The translations under genes and the position numbers were made by a program. This document shows positions 57,601 to 64,000 of a stretch of 64,000 bases of DNA, piece by piece. How positions within the stretch are numbered: the stretch's first letter is position 1; every line of letters begins with the position of its first letter. The DNA is taken from NCBI GenBank assembly GCA_977017645.1, contig OZ360219.1, positions 14,446,001 through 14,510,000 on the forward strand. The letters are read 5' to 3'. The DNA is from Torpedo marmorata. Lineage: Eukaryota. The notes beneath the pieces were generated by a model, which searched no databases, was not told where the DNA came from, and saw only the letters and a list, made by a program, of their open reading frames with translations.

Positions 57601-57749
57601 ATGTCAGAACTGGAAGGGGGAAAAACACTGACTTCAGCCCCAGTATCGACCAGGAACCGGCGGCCCGACAGGGCGTCCTGTATGTGGAGTAGGTTGTGAT
57701 GCAGGCCGACCACCTCAACCATCAACGGTGGCCGGCGCTGGCGTTTCCC
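54664..57749 (-). pseudogene. pol: pol (PR-RT-RH-INT); long open segment, then a stop at 55554 and a frameshift near 54940
   Basis: LVDTGA, MPFGL, YLDD, DIVGPL, SDRG, GLVER and YEGPY motifs. Confidence 0.9.
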
Positions 57750-58414
57750 TGAAAGGCACAGGGGGAACGGCATTGACGGGCCTCGGAACCCCACCGCTGG
57801 TGGTAGAAACAGTACTCCTGACCGGTGGGCTCCATCGGTTGGCGGTTCAACTGTTTGGGGGGCCACCTACTCGTTTGCCGTGGACGAGACATTGATACTT
57901 GCTCCATTGTCGCACAGTCATCTTTCTTCTCCGCCCAGAGCACATCCGCTCGGGCAGCTACCTTCCTGGGGATCGCTGAAATCCGCTTCCGCAAGCAACA
58001 GCCGGATGTCCTCTGTCAATCGCTCCAGGAAAACCTGCTCGAACAGCAGGCAAGGTCTGTGGTCATCTGATAAGGCAAGCATGTCGCTCATGGGGGCGGA
58101 AGGGGCCCTGTCCCCAAGCCGTCCATATGCAACAATCGGGCTGCCCGCTCTCGCCTCGAGAGCCCGAAAGTGCAGGACAACAGCTTCTTGATGGCCACAT
58201 ACCTCCCCTATTCTGGAGGACACCGCAGCAAGTCCACAATCCTGGCCACTGTCTCCTGTTCGAGGGCGCTTACCACGTGGTAATAGCAGGCGGTGTCGTC
58301 GGAGATCCTTCGAAGAGCAAACTGTGCTTTGGCTTGCTCGAACCATACCAGTGGCTGCGATGTCCAGAAGCTCGGCAGCTTCAACGAAACCACGTTGATT
58401 GAAGGTTGTTCCAT
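57722..58414 (-). pseudogene. gag: gag, frameshifted
   Basis: VSLKLPSFWTSQPLVWFEQ N-terminus; LGDRAPS..M..ML; CFYHQRWGSEARQCRSPC; three frames. Confidence 0.85.
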
Positions 58415-58445
58415 CTTCAGGTCCAAATCGCCGTTTGGACTAGTT

Positions 58446-58455
58446 GGGGTCACCA
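58446..58455 (-). promoter_or_regulatory. Primer-binding site, tRNA-Trp type
   Basis: Minus strand TGGTGACCCC, 1 nt after the 5' LTR. Confidence 0.8.
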
Positions 58456-58456
58456 C

Positions 58457-58825
58457 TGTAGCGCGTCGTTACGGTTATAGCTCTGCGCGTCAAGTTGGTC
58501 GTCGAGTTGATCGTCGCTCTAGTTCTGGAGCTCAGGAGGGAGATGCACACCCTCCGAGCGTCAAGACAGAACTGCCTATTCTGCCGTCGGCTCTGCCTTT
58601 TATAGGAGGGCCGAACCTGACTGCCACGTCACGGATGGGGCGTGGCCTAAGGCGCGACGCCCAGGATTGGTCAGGCCATGATCCATCCTTAGGGATTGGC
58701 CCATTCCCTCATTGCCGTTGTGGCCTATGGGAACGGGCCATCCGAATCACGTGCCGCCTGCGCGATCGCTGTGTTCGAACACGGCTCTCTGTAGCGGCCT
58801 GCGGTGTAGGTGGCGGGCCGCTACA
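58457..58825 (-). repeat. 5' LTR of the CsRn1-type element
   Basis: Direct repeat of 54300-54668; TATAAAA on the minus strand. Confidence 0.95.
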
Positions 58826-59540
58826 ATACAATTATGTGGATAGCCATAAACTGATCAGGGACAGTCAACATGGCTTTGTACGTGGTAGGTCGTGTTTAAC
58901 CAATCTTATAGAGTTTTTTGAGGAGGTTACCAGGAAGGTTGATGCTGTGGATATTGTCTACATGGACTTTAGTAAGGCCTTTGACAAGATTCCACATGGG
59001 AGGTTAGTCAGGAAGGTTCAGATGCTAGGTATTTATGGTGAAGTATTGAACTGGATTCGACAATGGCTGGATGGGAGAAGCCAGAGAGTAGTGGTGGATG
59101 ATGATTGCTACTCAAACTGGAGGCCTGTGACTCGTGGTATGCCTCAGGGATTGGTGCTGGGACCATTGTTGTTTGTCATCTATATCAATGATCTGGATGA
59201 TAATGTGGTAAATTTGATCAGCAAGTTTTCAGATGACACTAAGATTGGAGGCATTGTGGACAGCGAAGAAGGTTTTCAAAGCGTGCAGAGTGATCTGGAC
59301 CGGCTGGAAAAATGGGCTGAAACATGGCAGATGGAATTTAATACAGACAAGTGTGAGGTGTTGTATTTTGGAAGGACAAACCAAGAAAGGACGTACACAG
59401 TGAATGGTAGGGCACTGAGGAGTGCGGTAGAACAGAGGGTTCTGGGAATACAGATACATAATTCCCTGAAAGTGGCGTCACAGGTGGGTAGGGTTGTAAA
59501 GAGATGTTTTGACATATTGGCCTTCATAAATCAAATTATT

Positions 59541-62432
59541 ATTTTATTTTTTTTAAATATTTTATTTCAAATTTTTAAATCACAAAATACATAAAATAGA
59601 ATATAAAATTATCAAATTATTTGTGATACATTTTCACCCCCCCCTCCCTCCCTTCCCTCCCCAACCCTCCCAACCCCACTAATCTAATAAAAAATAAAAA
59701 TATAAAATAAAAATATAAAAAGAAGAAGAAAAAGAAAGAAAAAGATAGAGTAAGGGGAATGACAATCTATAAACTAATTCTATTATGGAGGTCAAGTATG
59801 CCAGTAGATCCGATATCCAGAGATCTTCAAATCCTTAAACCAACAGCTTTCATATATGGGCTCCAAATTTTTAAGAAGAAATTATATTTATTACGTAAAT
59901 TATAAGTAATTTTTTCAAGTGGTATACACGAACGAAGTTCTGCATGCCATCTTTCTAATCCTAAATCTAAATCAGATTTCCAAGTAATAGTAATGCATTT
60001 CTTTGAAACAGCTAAAGCAATACGTAAAAATTCTATTTGATACATATTTAATTTCATCTTAATACTAAATTTTCTAATATCTCCAAACAAAAATATCATA
60101 GGATCCATTTGAAATGTAATCTTAAATACTTTATCTAAAAAATTTTTAACTTTCAACCAAAAATCATAAACTTTTGGACAAAACCATTTAGAATGTACAA
60201 ACGACCCTTCCTCTTTATTACATCTAAAACATAAACCTGATAGTGTCGGATTAAATTTCTTTAATTTTTTTGGTGTTAAATATAATTGATGAAAAAAATT
60301 GTATTGTACTAATCTATATCTAACATTAATAATCTTCGTCATACTTAATTTACATAATTCTTTCCAATGATTTTCATCTATTCTTACATTCAAATCTAAT
60401 TCCCATTTTAATCTTGATTTATGCAATCCTACTTTAGGCATTTTCCTCTGAAACAATTTATACATTTGAGAAGTAAATTTATTAACATCTCCATTAGTAA
60501 CTAATAATTCTAATTCATTTTGTCTTGGTAAAATCAAAGCATAACCTAATTTCTCAATCAAAAAAAGCTCTAATTTGATAATAAGCAAAAAGTGTATTAT
60601 CTAATATATTAAATTTATCTTTCATTCTTTGAAAAGTAATAAATTTCCCAGCTTCAAAACAATCATATATCTTATTAATTCCTTTTTGAAACCAAATTTT
60701 AATTAATTGATTATTAATAGTAAATGGAATAAGTCCATTTTGATATAAAGGCATCTTTGAAGAAATCAATCCTTTTCCTCCTATTTCCTTATCCGTCTTA
60801 TTCCATATTTCTAACATATGTTTAAAAATAGGCGAATTTTTCTTTCCTGTTGATATTAATTTAGAATCCCATTTATAAATAATTTCTTCTTTGGAATCTT
60901 CTCCTATATTATTTAATTCTATTTTAATCCAAGCAGAAGATTTAGTTAAATCAAAAAATTCATTAATAAATTTTAGTTGAGCTTCTTTATAATAATTTTG
61001 GAAATTAGGAAGTTGTAAACTACCCATTTCATAATTCCAAGTTAATTTTTCCATACCTACTCTTGCTAACTTTCCTTTCCATAAATTTTTTTCTAATAAT
61101 TGAATTTAAATCTTTGAAAAAATTTTGAGGAATTTCATAAGGAATTGATTGAAAAAGATATTGAATTATTGGAAAAACATTCATTTTAATACAATTTACT
61201 CTTCCCATTAAAGTTATAGGTAAATCTTTCCAATTTTCTAAATCTTTCTTTATTTTCACAAATAATGGTAGATAATTTAACTTGTATAAATTAGCCAATT
61301 TTGTATCAACCCTTATTCCCGAGTATTTAATTCCTTCCTTTGCCCATTTAAATTGTGTAATTTCTTTACATCTACTATAATCCCCTTGTGATAATGCCAT
61401 AATTTCACTTTTATCAGAATTAATTTTATATCCAGATATTTCCCCATATTCTCTCAATAATACAATAATAGTACTAAAGATGTAATAGATTTTGTCATAT
61501 ATATCAATACATCATCTGCAAACAAACTAATTTTATGTTCTTCCATTCCAACTTTAATACCAACTATTTTAGGATCTTTTCTAACTAATTCTGCCAAAGG
61601 TTCTATAGCCAAAATAAATAATGCTGGTGACAAAGGACATCCTTGTCTAGTAGATCGAGTCAAAGGAAATTTTGAAGAAATTTGTCCATTTGTAATTACT
61701 TTAGCGGATGGTTCTTTATATATAGTTTTAATCCAATTAATAAATGTATTTCCAAAACCAATTTTCTCCAATACCTTAAATAAAAAATTCCACTCTCATC
61801 TATCAAAAGCCTTTTCAGCGTCGAGAGTTAAAACTAATGGTAAATCTTCCTTCTTTTTATGTAAATTAATTAAGCTAATCAATCTAGCTATATTATCTTT
61901 TGAATATCTATTTTTAATAAAACCAGCTTGATCTACATGGATTAAATCTGGTAAATAATTAGCCATTCTATTTGCTAAAATTTTTGCCATTATCTTATAA
62001 TCTACATTTAATAATGAAATAGGTCTATAAGATTCAGTTTTCAATACATCTCTATCTTTCTTTGGTATAACTGTAATTATTGCATTTAAAAAAGTATCCG
62101 GTAATGAATGAGTTTCCGTAATTTGATTCAATACTTCCATATATGGAGGTATTAATAAATCTTTAAACTCTTTGTAAAATTCTGATGGAAATCCATCTTC
62201 ACCTGGAGATTTACCACTCTTTAGCGAAGTAAGAACTTCATTAACTTCCCTCATTGAGAAAGGTAAATCTAAAGATTCTCTACTTTGAGTATTCAATTTA
62301 GGTAATATGATTTTAGGTAGAAATCTAGTAATTTTAGAATCGTTTTGATCAATCTGAGATTTATATAAATTCAAATAATAATCCTTAAAAGAATCATTTA
62401 TTTCTCGAGGTTTATAAGTTATTTCTCTAGAG
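59541..62432 (-). mobile_element. 5'-truncated L1-clade LINE, AT-rich, frameshifted ORF2
   Basis: KSPGEDG, YRPISLLN, LDAEKAFDR, TRQGCPLSP, LFADD and CFRC..H..WFC; 17-bp TSD TCATAAATCAAA(T/G)TATT (59524-59540, 62433-62449). Confidence 0.95.
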
Positions 62433-63054
62433 TCATAAATCAAAGTATTGAGTATAGGAGTTGGGATGTTATGGTAAAGTTGTATAAGACATTGGTAAGG
62501 CCAAATTTGGAGTATTGTGTGCAGTTTTGGTCACCTAACTATAGGAAAGATACCAATAAGATAGAAAGAGTGCAGAGAAGATTTACTAGGATGTTGCCCG
62601 GACTTCAGGAACTGAGTTACAGGGAAAGGTTAAACAGGTTAGGACTTTATTCCCTGGAGCGTAGAAGAATGAGGGGAGATTTGATAGAGGTATTTTAAAT
62701 TATTAGGGGGATAGACAGAGTAAATGTAGATAGGCTTTTTCCACTGAGGGTAGGTGAGATACAAACCAGAGGATATGGGTTAAGGGTGAAAGGGGAAAAG
62801 TGTAGGAGGAACGTGAGGGGGAACTTCTTCACACAGAGAGTGGTGGGAGTGTGGAACGAGCTGCCAGCTGAAGTGGTAAATGTGGGCTCAATGTTAACAT
62901 TTAAGGAGCATTTGGACAGGGACATGGATGGGAGGGGTATGGAGGGCTATGGACTGGGTGCAGGTCAGTGGGACTAGGCAGAATAACAGTTCGGCACAGA
63001 CTAGAAGGGCCGAAGGTGCCTGTTTCTGTGCTGTAGTGTTCTATGGTTCTATGG

Positions 63055-63768
63055 CTTGCGATCTGGTCTACAATGGTGGTGTCATCTACAAATTTCTGGA
63101 TGAAGTTGGAGTGGTAGTTGGTGACACAGAAATTAGTGTACAATACAGGGAGTATAGTAAAGAGCTGAGTACACAGCCTTGTGGGGTCTCAGGATTGAGA
63201 GTGTTCACGGAAGAGGTGTCTCCAATTCTCACTGATTGTAGTTTGCAGGACAGGAAGACAAGGATCCAGTTGCTAAGACCAAGATCCCAGTTTGGGGATG
63301 AATTTATTTGGGACTATGGTATTGATGGCAAAGCTGTAGCCAAAGTTGTCCTTGATGTCTGGATGTTCCAGGGCTGAGTGGAGGGCAAGGGAGATAATAT
63401 CTGCCATGGAGCTGTTGCAGCAGTTGGCAAATCAGAAGACGTGGAGGTAATGTGAGCCATGACCAGTTTCGAAGCACTTAATGATGGTGGATCTCAGAGT
63501 AACTGCCTGGTAATTATTAGACTCGTCACAATGTTCTTCTTCTGAATCGGGATGACAGTGGTCTTCTTAAAGCAAGTGGGAGCTTCTGCCTATAGCAAGG
63601 AGAGGTTAAAGATGTCCATGAATACTCCCATCAGCTGATCTGAGCAAGGTTTCAGGACATGTCCAGGGTTTCACTCTCATGATGATCTGATTTCTGCGGT
63701 AATGACCATAGGTACAGGTATGCCTGTGATTGTTGTGGTGAGTGTCGCTGGCCCACTGGCCTCCTGTT

Positions 63769-63819
<51 letters not shown>

Positions 63820-64000
63820 GCATTGAGTTTGTCAGGGAGGTTTGCACCACTGCTTGCTAGTTTGTGCAGCTTCACTTTGTAGCCAGTGATAGCATGCATA
63901 TCCTGCCACTGTCATCGGATATCCATGAGGTTCTTCTCGGACTCAAGCTTGGTTGGTTCAGTACTGCATCTTGACATCTCCTATGGCCTTGAGGAGGTCA
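63055..64000 (-). mobile_element. Rex1/Babar LINE, 5' continuation, runs off the window
   Basis: IQKFVDDTTIV and LHAITGYK..ANLPDKLNA peptides on the minus strand. Confidence 0.75.
63771..63817. repeat. (AT)n microsatellite, about 23 units
   Basis: Pure dinucleotide run. Confidence 0.97.

Larger units (their letters stand above)
54300..58825 (-). mobile_element. CsRn1-type Gypsy LTR retrotransposon, mildly decayed
   Basis: 369-bp LTRs (54300-54668, 58457-58825), about 24 mismatches by eye; TSD ATAC; gag KLPSFW..WF and CFYH..C..PC (CHCC) motif; tRNA-Trp-type PBS; G-rich PPT. Confidence 0.95.
49033..63054 (+). mobile_element. Originally full-length CR1 LINE (5' UTR, ORF1, ORF2) split by three insertions
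   Basis: ORF1 CSSC..CEKC zinc finger and leucine zipper 49238-49426 resumes ~51883 with the esterase; APE from ~52750; RT split at 54300 and 59541; TTCTATGG tail ending at 63054. Confidence 0.9.

Noticed and set aside
58293-59594. 433-aa ORF from antisense gag/LTR into CR1 RT
   Set aside because: Chimeric read-through of a GC-rich LTR into a truncated RT cut by the L1; no sign of function.

Overview
Eukaryotic genomic DNA made almost entirely of nested transposable elements. I found no host gene, rRNA/tRNA gene or CRISPR array. The repeat types (HE1/V-SINE-like SINE, CR1, Rex1/Babar, L1, Penelope) suggest a cartilaginous fish, probably a ray (inference). There are four Gypsy-type LTR retrotransposons: an intact, very young 4.5-kb element with identical LTRs (477-5006); a decayed, truncated relative (16541-~22197); a Gmr1-type element with integrase before RT and the RT core missing (32696-38691), plus a related solo LTR (14729-15634); and a CsRn1-type element (54300-58825). 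Also present are many LINE copies with resolvable target-site duplications (TSDs), a Tigger-like element, a hAT-like MITE, microsatellites and one N-gap. The strongest signal is in the two related Gypsy elements. Neither has a tRNA primer-binding site. Instead, the bases right after the 5' LTR are perfectly complementary (13 and 12 nt) to the element's own poly(A)-signal region, with different sequences in each family. This points to self-priming and/or masking of the 5' poly(A) site. Both also carry a YY1/ETS motif cluster inside the gag-protease coding linker. All coordinates and mismatch counts were read by eye.
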